Shown here in pieces: positions 51,457 through 60,532 of a stretch of 64,000 nt of DNA. Numbering within the stretch: position 1 is the stretch's first letter; every line of letters starts with the position of its first letter. Under the pieces are notes generated by a model. That model did not search any database. It was not told where the DNA came from and saw only the letters and a list, made by a program, of their open reading frames with translations. The stretch lies in assembly GCA_041671225.1 (NCBI GenBank), contig JBAZBY010000001.1, positions 174,940-238,939 on the forward strand, given 5' to 3'. Source of the stretch: Patescibacteria group bacterium (GTDB lineage: Bacteria > Patescibacteriota > Patescibacteriia > JBAZBY01). The translations under genes were made by a program, and so were the position numbers.

Positions 51457-51686
51457 CGTCTTTTCCTCCATACGAAAAAAAGCCCGCGCCACTGCACGAG
51501 CCACCAGAATTAAAAAAGGGCGGTACTTCCGCCACTGCACACAGGATACTCCGGAACGAAAAATGTGTCAAAAAAATGGAAACCCGAGAACAACCCTCTC
51601 TCTGTATTGAGATCAACAGTCGGGAAAACTCATTTCTTCATTCTTCTCTACTCCCAACAACCTACAACCTACCACCTATTTCCTGC

Positions 51687-51692
51687 TACAAT
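51687..51692 (+). promoter_or_regulatory. uvrB -10 element TACAAT abutting the start codon (leaderless-type); upstream C/A-rich direct repeats ACAACCTAC x2
   Basis: TACAAT lies 2 nt before ATG 51695 and 8 nt before ATG 51701. There is no SD. Confidence 0.35.
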
Positions 51693-51694
51693 GA

Positions 51695-53725
51695 ATGAAT
51701 ATGGATTTCAAACTACACGCCGACTTCAAACCAACAGGTGACCAACCGCAGGCAATCCGCGGTTTGATTAATGGTGTAAAAAAGGGGGCGCGCGACCAAA
51801 CGCTTCTCGGTGTGACCGGCTCAGGAAAAACCTTCACCATGGCGAACGTCATTGCAGAACTACAGCGTCCCACACTTATCATCTCCCACAACAAGACCCT
51901 CGCCGCGCAGCTTGCGAGCGAATTCCGGGAATTCTTCCCCAAAAGCGCCGTACACTACTTTGTCTCATACTACGACTACTACCAACCAGAAGCGTACGTC
52001 GCACGCAGTGACACCTTCATTGAAAAAGAAACGGACATCAATGAAGAGATCGAGCGTCTGCGCCATGCGGCAACACAGGCACTGCTGACGCGCAAAGATG
52101 TCATCATCGTTGCCTCTGTCTCCTGCATTTATGGTTTGGGTTCGCCAGCAAAGTATGGTGCACAACGGCTCACACTGCATGCGGGCCAGCGCGTTTCCCT
52201 GCGCGATGTGTTGAAGGACCTCACGCAAATACAATTCACACGCAATGACATTGATTTCACTCGCGGTTCCTTCCGCGTGAAAGGCGATGTACTCGATATC
52301 TTCCCGACCTTCGCGGACGAAGAAGTAATCCGCGTTGAATTCTACGGAGATGAAATCGACACCATCAGCACCATCAACGCCATCACGGGAAAAACCGTGC
52401 GTAAAGAAAAAGACGTGCAGGTCTTTCCCGCTTCGCTTTATATTGCAGAACAGAATGACATCCCAGACATGGTGAAAACGATCCGCAAGGAAATGGCCGC
52501 GCGCGTTGCCTGGTTCAAAAAAGCGGGCAAACTCATTGAGGCGCAACGCATTGAGGAACGCGTGAACTTTGATACGGAAATGCTCCTAGCAACAGGCTTC
52601 ACCTCTGGCATTGAGAACTATTCGCGATACATGGATGGCCGCAAGCCAGGCGAAGCATCATACACGCTCATTAATTACTTCCAAGAAGCGGCAAAGGCAG
52701 CAACGGGTAACCCAAAAGATTTTCTCCTCTTTATTGATGAATCACACATGACCGTTCCGCAAATTGGTGCGATGCATGAGGGGGACAAAAGCCGTAAAGT
52801 AACTCTTGTAGATTATGGATTCCGCCTGCCCTCTGCGCTTGATAATCGTCCGCTGACCTTCAAAGAATTTCGCGAGCGCACCGGCCAGACGATCTATGTC
52901 TCGGCCACGCCGGGTCCATATGAAAAAAAAGTCTCCACAAAGACCGTGCAGCAACTCATTCGTCCTACGGGTCTTCTGGACCCCTCTATTGAGGTGAAGC
53001 CAACGGAACATCAGGTTGATGACTTAGTCGAACAGATTCAGGCGCGGCTCAAAAAGAAACAACGCGTGCTCGTCACCACACTCACAAAAAAGATGTCCGA
53101 GGATTTATCTGAATACATCGCCAATCTTGGAATCAAGGTCACATATCTTCATTCTGATATTGACACGCTTGATCGCATCGACATTTTGCGTGACCTGCGG
53201 CTTGGGAAGGTCGATGTTCTCATTGGCATCAACCTCCTGCGCGAGGGGCTCGACCTGCCGGAGGTTTCCCTTGTTGCGATCCTTGATGCCGATAAAGAAG
53301 GCTTCCTCCGTTCTGAGACGTCACTCGTGCAAACAATCGGTCGCGTGGCGCGCCATAGAGAAGGTCATGCTATTCTCTATGCAGACCGAATCACCGGAAG
53401 TATGAAACGCGCAATCGATGAGACAGAACGCCGGAGGGCATCACAACAAGCATATAATGATCAACACGGTATCACTCCCGCATCGATCAAGAAGGCAGTA
53501 CGCGATGACCGCTTTGCCGGCAAAAAACATGAAGAAGCGGATGTGCTGCTTCCGAAGATAAAAGACATACCTCCGGAAGAACTCCCGCATATCACACATC
53601 AACTGGAAGAAAAAATGGAACTTGCCGCACAGAACCTGGATTTTGAAGAAGCCGCCAGATTGCGCGATCTTATCGCAAAACTTTCTCCAAAAAAAACCAT
53701 ACGCAGTAAACGAGGCAAGCGATGA
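51695..53725 (+). CDS. uvrB: Excinuclease ABC subunit B
   Basis: FKPTGDQPQAIRGL, GVTGSGKTFTMANVI helicase motif I and C-terminal UVR domain (EEAARLRDLI). Translation may actually start at ATG 51701. Confidence 0.96.
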   Translation: MNMDFKLHADFKPTGDQPQAIRGLINGVKKGARDQTLLGVTGSGKTFTMANVIAELQRPTLIISHNKTLAAQLASEFREFFPKSAVHYFVSYYDYYQPEAYVARSDTFIEKETDINEEIERLRHAATQALLTRKDVIIVASVSCIYGLGSPAKYGAQRLTLHAGQRVSLRDVLKDLTQIQFTRNDIDFTRGSFRVKGDVLDIFPTFADEEVIRVEFYGDEIDTISTINAITGKTVRKEKDVQVFPASLYIAEQNDIPDMVKTIRKEMAARVAWFKKAGKLIEAQRIEERVNFDTEMLLATGFTSGIENYSRYMDGRKPGEASYTLINYFQEAAKAATGNPKDFLLFIDESHMTVPQIGAMHEGDKSRKVTLVDYGFRLPSALDNRPLTFKEFRERTGQTIYVSATPGPYEKKVSTKTVQQLIRPTGLLDPSIEVKPTEHQVDDLVEQIQARLKKKQRVLVTTLTKKMSEDLSEYIANLGIKVTYLHSDIDTLDRIDILRDLRLGKVDVLIGINLLREGLDLPEVSLVAILDADKEGFLRSETSLVQTIGRVARHREGHAILYADRITGSMKRAIDETERRRASQQAYNDQHGITPASIKKAVRDDRFAGKKHEEADVLLPKIKDIPPEELPHITHQLEEKMELAAQNLDFEEAARLRDLIAKLSPKKTIRSKRGKR

Positions 53726-54144
53726 AAACCGTACTCACCTTTGGCACCTTCGACCTCTTTCATGAAGGGCATAAAAAATATCTTGAACAAGCACGCGCAT
53801 ATGGCGACAAGCTTGTTGTTGTTGTGGCACGAGACGAAACGGTATTCGTTATGAAAGGTCATTATCCTGACGAACGCGAAGAGCAACGCATCAAGCGCGT
53901 TCTTGCCTCAGGGCTCGCTGATGAGGTGGTACTTGGCTCAAACCATGAATACTTCCAAATACTCGACCTCTACCCGCCGAATGTCGTGGTCCTGGGGTAT
54001 GATCAATCAAATGAACTGACCGAGCAGCTTGAAGATGAACTTCAAAAACGCGGCATTGAAGCTGAGATTTTGCGCGCTGAACCATACAAGCCAGAACAAT
54101 TCCATAGCTCCCTGCTACGAAAAAAGCCCCGGGAAAAATCCTAG
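53722..54144 (+). CDS. Cytidylyltransferase-like nucleotidyltransferase (TagD/RibL family)
   Basis: TFGTFDLFHEGH (HxGH motif) and ~140-aa size; 4-nt overlap with uvrB. Confidence 0.7.
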   Translation: MKTVLTFGTFDLFHEGHKKYLEQARAYGDKLVVVVARDETVFVMKGHYPDEREEQRIKRVLASGLADEVVLGSNHEYFQILDLYPPNVVVLGYDQSNELTEQLEDELQKRGIEAEILRAEPYKPEQFHSSLLRKKPREKS

Positions 54145-54185
54145 GGCTTGCCTACACAGATCCTTAGTCTGTGAGGCGGAAAGAG

Positions 54186-55607
54186 CTAGCGGCGCTCTGC
54201 CGCAACCAGGTCGTCGTACATGCGCTGCCCGGCAGGCGTCGGATACCGGCCGGTGATGCAGCCTTCGCAGAAGCTTCTCGGATTCACACCGAGCTTCTTC
54301 AGCACGGCACGCTGCATTGCGACAGTTCCGTAGAACACGTCGTTCACGCCAAGATCTCGTGCCATCGCAGCCGTATCCACATGAACGCCCTGTTTGAGAT
54401 ATCGTCGTGCAGCGAGCTTGTCAAAGCTCTTGAGATCGATGCCGTAGTAGCAGGAGCCGATGACCGGCGGATAACCGAACACCAGACTCAAACCCGAAGG
54501 CACACCGTCTCTCTTGAGCATGGCCACAAGCTCCCTCATGGTCAGGCCGCGTACCTTGGAGTCATCCACGATGGTGGCATGCTTCCCGCGCATCCGCATC
54601 CTGCTGACCGCGTACTTCTCGCCTGCACTGCGCTTGCGGCGCCCGACGGACGTGATGAACGTTCTGCCGGTATGCATGCGCCGGATGCCGAACACAACAG
54701 GCACACCCAGCCCCTCTGCCACCCCTTCCGCAAGCGGAATGGATGAGTCGGGTACTGGGACGACCATCTCTGTGGCATACCCCTGCAATGCAAGCATGCT
54801 ACCGATGCGCTCACCAAGGTAGAACCGAAACTCCTCCACGGAAACACCGAAGATTGTGGAAGAGACTCCGGCGAAGTAGTGGAGTTCAAACCCACACTGT
54901 GCAAGACGCACTGCCGGCTTCCCTGCAACCGTCAAGGCACCGCGGTCAGAAAGCTCCACGATCTCACCGGGACCGATCTCGCGCATGGTGTGAACGCCGA
55001 TCTTCTCCAGAGCCCAGCTCTCACTGGCAACGGCATAGAAGACCTTTGCGTCTTCTCCGATGCCTTCACCCACCCATAGCGGACGGAAGCCGAACCGATC
55101 CCGGAACGCAAACAACCGCTTGCCGTCCATGATGATGGCAGAACAAGCGCCGTCATACGTCTCCAGGAATCGTTCAATGGCTCGCACCGGGAGCGACCCT
55201 TCGTTGGTACCGACGATGTGTTTGAGAATGGCCTCTGCTTCCGTACTGGAACGCCGGTACGGCACCCCTTCCTGCAGTTCCGCGAGTGACGGCGTATCAC
55301 CGTTCTCAACGATCCACAGTCGGCGGCCGGGACGATCCGCATACGTCGGCTGCGCATCTTCATTGCCGTTGCCGCCGCTCGTCTGGTACCGTCCGTGCGC
55401 AATACAGCAGAACCCTTCCAGTTTCCGAACCACCTCGGGGTGATCCAGTGGCAAGCGCCCTTCTCCCTCGATGTAGGGATAGGTCCGGATGCCATTCCAC
55501 ACAACGGCTCCACGCGTATCGTCGCCTCGATTGCGGACCGCGCGCAGGGCGCGGATCGCAAGCCTCGCGGCCTCCACATGGCCCTGAACGCCAACGATTC
55601 CGCACAT
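54186..55607 (-). CDS. purF: Amidophosphoribosyltransferase (class II glutamine amidotransferase plus PRTase), high-GC
   Basis: Starts MCGIVGV (N-terminal nucleophile Cys) and has the PRTase motif HATIVDDSKVRGLTM. Promoter TTGACG plus a GAGAAAGGAAAG SD sit in an AT-rich leader. Confidence 0.85.
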   Translation of the reverse strand: MCGIVGVQGHVEAARLAIRALRAVRNRGDDTRGAVVWNGIRTYPYIEGEGRLPLDHPEVVRKLEGFCCIAHGRYQTSGGNGNEDAQPTYADRPGRRLWIVENGDTPSLAELQEGVPYRRSSTEAEAILKHIVGTNEGSLPVRAIERFLETYDGACSAIIMDGKRLFAFRDRFGFRPLWVGEGIGEDAKVFYAVASESWALEKIGVHTMREIGPGEIVELSDRGALTVAGKPAVRLAQCGFELHYFAGVSSTIFGVSVEEFRFYLGERIGSMLALQGYATEMVVPVPDSSIPLAEGVAEGLGVPVVFGIRRMHTGRTFITSVGRRKRSAGEKYAVSRMRMRGKHATIVDDSKVRGLTMRELVAMLKRDGVPSGLSLVFGYPPVIGSCYYGIDLKSFDKLAARRYLKQGVHVDTAAMARDLGVNDVFYGTVAMQRAVLKKLGVNPRSFCEGCITGRYPTPAGQRMYDDLVAAERR

Positions 55608-55770
55608 AGGCGTGCTTTCCTTTCTCCGCAAACGCGGAAATCCCCTGGACCGTATTGTCCAAAGAGCAACGCTCTCCCCACGATTGAGGAGTGCTTTACC
55701 TTATCACTCAGGTACCGGCAGCGTCAAAGTCTTGCGTGGATTTAAAGCTTGTGGTACCGTCTGTTTTGCT

Positions 55771-56040
55771 ATGCCAATCAAAAAAGCATCAATCAAAGAC
55801 CTCAAACAGTCAAAAGCACGACAGGATAAAAACCGTCGTGTGAAGACGAGTATCCGCCGCCAGATCAAGGAACTGCGCAGTGCGGCAAAAGAGCAGGACA
55901 AAAAAAAGGCCAGCGATATTCTTGCCAAAACAATTAAGGCAATGGATACGGCTGTGAGTAACGGTGTGCTTAAAAAAAACACCGCCGCGCGCAACATATC
56001 GCGCCTGACCAAACTCGTGAACGGTCTCAAAAAAATCTAA
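55771..56040 (+). CDS. rpsT: 30S ribosomal protein S20
   Basis: MPIKKASIKDLKQSKARQDKNRRVKTSIRRQIKEL is typical S20; start at the internal ATG of the track ORF. Confidence 0.9.
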   Translation: MPIKKASIKDLKQSKARQDKNRRVKTSIRRQIKELRSAAKEQDKKKASDILAKTIKAMDTAVSNGVLKKNTAARNISRLTKLVNGLKKI

Positions 56041-57014
56041 ATAGCGAGTGGGATAAGGAGTCGTTCGAGTAATATCCGGGGATCCACCCGGCTGGTTTTC
56101 ATTGTGTATTCAGCACCGAGAAGATTGTGATGGAGTGTAATGAGCGCCGCAAGTGAAAAACGGCTGCTTTGTTCTAATACCTTCCGCGCAACAAAAGGGT
56201 GCACGCCAAGATCGCGCACAAGGACATCGGCCGTGGGCCGCTCCATTGCCTTTGCGCCAAGTAACAGCCGAACATGCCGGCCGAGCATCGCAAAGAGATA
56301 TGCAGGCGTCTCCCCGTTCGCAAAATGATCTTCAAGAATCGCAAGCGCGCGCTTGCCCCTTCCTTCGCCCAGTGCATCGGTAAGCGCAAATATGTTGACG
56401 TCAAGCTGCCCAACAGTCATCTCACCAACCATCTCTTCTGTAATGGGCGCCCCGGCAGCCCGGGCGGCAAGTTTATCAAGCTCATGTGCGAGCATCCACG
56501 TGTCATCTCCGCATGCTGCAAGTAAGCGTATCATCGCAGCTTCTTCACAGCTCGCATCGGCATCATCAAGGCGGCGCTTTGCCCAGATTTTACGTTCTCG
56601 CGGCGTGAAAGGGGGAAACGGTTCATGCTTCACGCTTTTGTTTTTGGTAAGCGCGGCAAGATATTTTGTGATACCTACGGGAATGCGGTCCTTTGTTTTT
56701 TCTGTCGTCAATTCCGGCTCAACAAGAAGCAACACGACTTCTTCTGGTAATGTCACATGCGCAAAAAATTCCGTAAGCTGCTTGAGCACTGCAGCCTTTG
56801 CCTTACTCGCGCGATCCAATACGATCATTCGGTTAGACGTAAAAAGCCCTGCCGTGCGCGTCTGGCCGATCACTTCATCTATTGTCGCTTCTGAACCAGA
56901 AAGCACGGCAATGTTATTCCCATGCTCGTCGTATTTTTTACGAAAGGCCTCAATAAGTTGGCGCTTTCTTTCAAAAACGCGGTAACTATCCGGACCGGTA
57001 AGTAACAGTATCAT
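56037..57014 (-). CDS. holA: DNA polymerase III subunit delta
   Basis: 325 aa; MILLLTGPDSYRV...AGLFTSNRMIVL matches the HolA N-terminal pattern; conserved rpsT-holA adjacency. Confidence 0.85.
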   Translation of the reverse strand: MILLLTGPDSYRVFERKRQLIEAFRKKYDEHGNNIAVLSGSEATIDEVIGQTRTAGLFTSNRMIVLDRASKAKAAVLKQLTEFFAHVTLPEEVVLLLVEPELTTEKTKDRIPVGITKYLAALTKNKSVKHEPFPPFTPRERKIWAKRRLDDADASCEEAAMIRLLAACGDDTWMLAHELDKLAARAAGAPITEEMVGEMTVGQLDVNIFALTDALGEGRGKRALAILEDHFANGETPAYLFAMLGRHVRLLLGAKAMERPTADVLVRDLGVHPFVARKVLEQSSRFSLAALITLHHNLLGAEYTMKTSRVDPRILLERLLIPLAI

Positions 57015-57105
57015 AGGGCTTGTATCTTGACATGCTGGCGTGCGTCTGTAAATGTTGCGGTAGATTCACCCGATCTTTCCACCCTGCGAGCTGGAGGGCT
57101 CTGCA

Positions 57106-57372
57106 ATGCGCTACTGTCCATCATGTCAGCAGCCGCTCCCGGAAAGCGGCACATGCCAGACCCTAAAATGCCAACAGGCCACAGCCCTTGGCAAGGGTCA
57201 ATGCTCTCTTTGCGACTCCGCACTCCACGAAGGCCACTGTCCCGCATGCGAACACGTATCGGCAGTAACAACGTCGCGCGTGTGCGCCACACACCACGTC
57301 CAGCTCGCGCCGGACGGAACCTGCCCCCACTGCGAAGGGGTCTGCCTCAGCGCACTGCTGGGGACAGCCTGA
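57106..57372 (+). CDS. Cys-rich small protein (88 aa; 12 Cys as 4 CxxC pairs plus others): double zinc-ribbon-like, high-GC
   Basis: MRYCPSCQ...CSLC...CPAC...CPHC; GGAGGG SD 7 nt upstream; divergent from holA. Confidence 0.55.
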   Translation: MRYCPSCQQPLPESGTCQTLKCQQATALGKGQCSLCDSALHEGHCPACEHVSAVTTSRVCATHHVQLAPDGTCPHCEGVCLSALLGTA

Positions 57373-57377
57373 AAGGA

Positions 57378-57635
57378 ATGACGATGGATTCTTTGCTCTT
57401 CTACCGCGGACGGCTTCTGTGCATCGAAGTGGACGAAAGTGGCATGCCGGAAGCGATCCCAATGGGATTCAACCCCGGTCAGCGCCTCCTCCGGCGTCGG
57501 AGGGCATCACGGCACCTCAAACCCTCTCGACTCGAGGAAGGACTCGCCATATCCACATTGGATGAGGAAACAACCGGACTCCTGGATCTCGCAGAAGGTC
57601 CGCCGATTGCTACGCCTCCTCCTCGCATGAAGTGA
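57378..57635 (+). CDS. Hypothetical protein (85 aa) immediately downstream of the Cys-rich gene; same high-GC cassette
   Basis: AAAGGAA SD; Arg-rich centre (LLRRRRASRHLKPSR) and Pro-rich end; the cassette terminator follows. Confidence 0.4.
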   Translation: MTMDSLLFYRGRLLCIEVDESGMPEAIPMGFNPGQRLLRRRRASRHLKPSRLEEGLAISTLDEETTGLLDLAEGPPIATPPPRMK

Positions 57636-57665
57636 CAGATCACAACCTCGTTCTCTCCGCACTCC

Positions 57666-57710
57666 GCGCCGACCCCTGGGCTTCTCCCTTGGGTCGGCGC
57701 TTCTTTTAAT
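57666..57710 (+). terminator. Rho-independent terminator of the Cys-rich cassette (10-bp stem GCGCCGACCC/GGGTCGGCGC plus TTCTTTTAATCCTCTTCTTT)
   Basis: Perfect inverted repeat followed by a T-rich tract. Confidence 0.65.
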
Positions 57711-57765
57711 CCTCTTCTTTACTGAAAATGATGATCCGCCGAAGTCTACACTGTGAATAAACAGA

Positions 57766-60495
57766 TTACAGTGGGCTCATCTCACCCCAATTCTTCCCCA
57801 CCTCTGCATCCACAATGATCGGCACAGGGAGCTTCATCGCCTTCTCCATTTTTTCTTCAACAAAAGCCGCGACCTTCTTCACATCACCTTCTGGCACTTC
57901 AAGAACAAGTTCGTCATGCACCTGCAAAATCATGCGCGCCTTCTGAGAAACATTATGAAGCTCTGCATACACATCCACCATCGCCTTCTTCATGAGATCC
58001 GCAGCCGTACCCTGGAGCGGCATATTCACCGCCATGCGCTCTGCGGCGGAGCGGAGCATGCCATTGGAACTATCAATTTCCGGCAACGGCCTGCGACGCC
58101 CAAAAAGCGTCTCTGCATACTTGTTCCGCTTCGCGAATCGTTTTGCATCCTCCAGCCACTTTGCAAGCCCCGTGTACACGGCAAAGTACTGCTCAATGAA
58201 ATCCCGCGCCTCATTCAGCGGAATACCCGCGCCCTTTGCGAGGCCGAACATTCCCTGTCCATAGAGCACGCCGAAGTTCACCGCCTTGGCAGCATAGCGC
58301 TGCTCTTTTGTGACCTCATCAAGCGGAACGTTCCACACGCGCGCTGCGGTTGCCGCATGAATATCTTCGCCCTTCTTAAAACTTTCCAACATCGCTGCAT
58401 CCTGAGAAACCGCGGCCGCAAGACGCAATTCAATTTGTGAATAATCACAAGAAAGAAGGCGCATACCTTGCGGAGCAATAAAGGCATTACGAATCTCACG
58501 CCCAAGTTCCGTGCGCACCGGAATATTCTGCAAGTTTGGATTCTGGGAAGAAAGCCGCCCCGTTGCTGCCACGACCTGATTATAACTGGTGTGAATGCGT
58601 TTTGTTCGTTTGTGCACCAACTCGGGCAAGGCATCAAGATACGTGGAAACGAGCTTTGAAAGCTCCCGAAACTCCATGATCATATCAATGATCGGGTGCT
58701 TGCCTTGAAGCTTTTCAAGTTCACTTGCTCGCGTCGAAATGCCGGTCTTTGTATGCCCTAAACCGCTGATAGGAATCTGCATCTTTTGAAAAAGCACTTC
58801 CTGAAGCTGTGACGGCGAATTGATATTGAATTCCACGCCTGCTGCCGTATAAATATCCTGCTCAATCGCCTTGAGGCGCTTTGTGTGTTTTGCGGAGAGT
58901 TTTTTTAAAAAAGTTACATCAACATCCACACCGTTCCGTTCCATATGCGCAAGAACCAGAATCAGCGGCATTTCTATCTCATGAAAAAGTTTCATGAGTC
59001 CTTTTTCTTCCAGTTGCGGCGCGAACTTCTGATACAAACGGAAGGTGTAATCCGCATCTTCCGCCGCATACGGTCCAACCTTCTCAAGTGGCACATCTAG
59101 CATCGTGAGCTGATCCTTCCCCTTCTTGCCGATCAGATCTTCTATCGGTTGCATCTCATATCCGAATTCGCCGAAGACAAGAGTATCCAGCTTGTGCGAC
59201 CGCGAACCGGGATTCAAAAGATATGAAGCGACCATGGTATCAAACGCAACGCCTTTCATGCTGCTGCAGTATCCGTACAGCACTTTAATATCAAACTTGA
59301 GGTTATGTCCGACCTTTTGGATTCGCTCATTCTCAAAAAATGCTTGCAATAATTTAAGCCAATTCGGGTGCTTACGCACGTGCACAAAATATGCTTCCCC
59401 GGCCTTCCATGCGAGGCTAATGCCGATAAGGTCTGCATCGATCGTTTCAAGGCTGTCTGTTTCGGTATCAATCGCCACGACCTTCTGCTTCATGAGCTCG
59501 CCATACATCTTCTGGAACGTTGCATCATCATCGACAAGAATGTAGTTGTGCGTGCCCGTACCCGGCTTTGCGCGCGGTGTCGCTGCTATTGCCGCTGCGT
59601 CACCGTTTGAACCGGGAAGCTGGCCAACCAAACTGCGGAACTCAAGCTCTTGCAAAAGGCTCACTACCTTCGCGCGGTCATATTCTGCAAGCTCCGCATC
59701 CTGCAGCGTGAAATCGATCTTCATGTCCGTAATGATCGTCGCGAGTTTGTATGACTCGAATGCATCCTTCTTGGAGTCAAGAAGCAGGCGCTGAACGCGC
59801 TCGGGGAACGATGCAAATTTTTTTGATTTTTTCTCAAGTGCATCATACATCTTCTCCACTGTGCCAAATGCGGCAAGCAGCTCCGTTGCTGTTTTATCAC
59901 CAATACCTTTTACGCCCGGAATGTTATCTGAGCTATCACCCTTGAGCGCCTTATAATCAATGACCTGCTCAGGCTTAAAACCATATTTTTCAATGAACGC
60001 CTTGCCATCCATCACGGATGACTCCGTTGGGTGGCGACGTGCTTTAAAGATCGTGATCTTGGGATCAATCAACTGAAATGCATCCATGTCCGATGTGACG
60101 ATAACCGTCTCGTCTGCAAGATGTCTCTTTGCTATCGTGCCGATGATGTCATCTGCCTCAAAGCCCTTCTGTTCAAGAATAGGAATATTGAGTGCCTCCA
60201 CAAGTTCGCGTACGCGAGGGATCTGCTCAAACATATCGTCTGGCATCTTCTCGCGCGTGGATTTGTAATCCGCTGAAATAGCATCACGGAACGTCTCTCC
60301 CTCCACATCAAACGCCACCATAAGATACTGCGGTTTCAGTTCACGAATGACGCGGAACAGGATAGCGGCAAAACCATACACCGCATTCACCTGCTCGCCT
60401 TTTTTTGTGGTGAGCGGCGGAATAGCGTGGAATGCCTGATACATCAGGGCATGGCCGTCGATGATCGCAAGACGGGTCTTGGTTTTTTTTGCCAT
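57766..60495 (-). CDS. polA: DNA polymerase I (5'-3' exonuclease plus 3'-5' exo-like plus polymerase domains)
   Basis: N-terminal MAKKTKTRLAIIDGHALMYQAFHA (FEN motif) and polymerase motifs (RRAAKAVNFGVLYG, VHDELVLE). Start at 60495. Confidence 0.96.
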   Translation of the reverse strand: MAKKTKTRLAIIDGHALMYQAFHAIPPLTTKKGEQVNAVYGFAAILFRVIRELKPQYLMVAFDVEGETFRDAISADYKSTREKMPDDMFEQIPRVRELVEALNIPILEQKGFEADDIIGTIAKRHLADETVIVTSDMDAFQLIDPKITIFKARRHPTESSVMDGKAFIEKYGFKPEQVIDYKALKGDSSDNIPGVKGIGDKTATELLAAFGTVEKMYDALEKKSKKFASFPERVQRLLLDSKKDAFESYKLATIITDMKIDFTLQDAELAEYDRAKVVSLLQELEFRSLVGQLPGSNGDAAAIAATPRAKPGTGTHNYILVDDDATFQKMYGELMKQKVVAIDTETDSLETIDADLIGISLAWKAGEAYFVHVRKHPNWLKLLQAFFENERIQKVGHNLKFDIKVLYGYCSSMKGVAFDTMVASYLLNPGSRSHKLDTLVFGEFGYEMQPIEDLIGKKGKDQLTMLDVPLEKVGPYAAEDADYTFRLYQKFAPQLEEKGLMKLFHEIEMPLILVLAHMERNGVDVDVTFLKKLSAKHTKRLKAIEQDIYTAAGVEFNINSPSQLQEVLFQKMQIPISGLGHTKTGISTRASELEKLQGKHPIIDMIMEFRELSKLVSTYLDALPELVHKRTKRIHTSYNQVVAATGRLSSQNPNLQNIPVRTELGREIRNAFIAPQGMRLLSCDYSQIELRLAAAVSQDAAMLESFKKGEDIHAATAARVWNVPLDEVTKEQRYAAKAVNFGVLYGQGMFGLAKGAGIPLNEARDFIEQYFAVYTGLAKWLEDAKRFAKRNKYAETLFGRRRPLPEIDSSNGMLRSAAERMAVNMPLQGTAADLMKKAMVDVYAELHNVSQKARMILQVHDELVLEVPEGDVKKVAAFVEEKMEKAMKLPVPIIVDAEVGKNWGEMSPL

Positions 60496-60532
60496 GACCT
60501 TATTGTACACGCACACGCGTGTCGACGGAAAT

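Noticed and set aside
55608-55770. Possible purine riboswitch in the purF leader
   Set aside because: The leader has a promoter-like TTGACG and small hairpins, but none of the conserved purine-riboswitch junction sequences. Treated as an ordinary 5' UTR.
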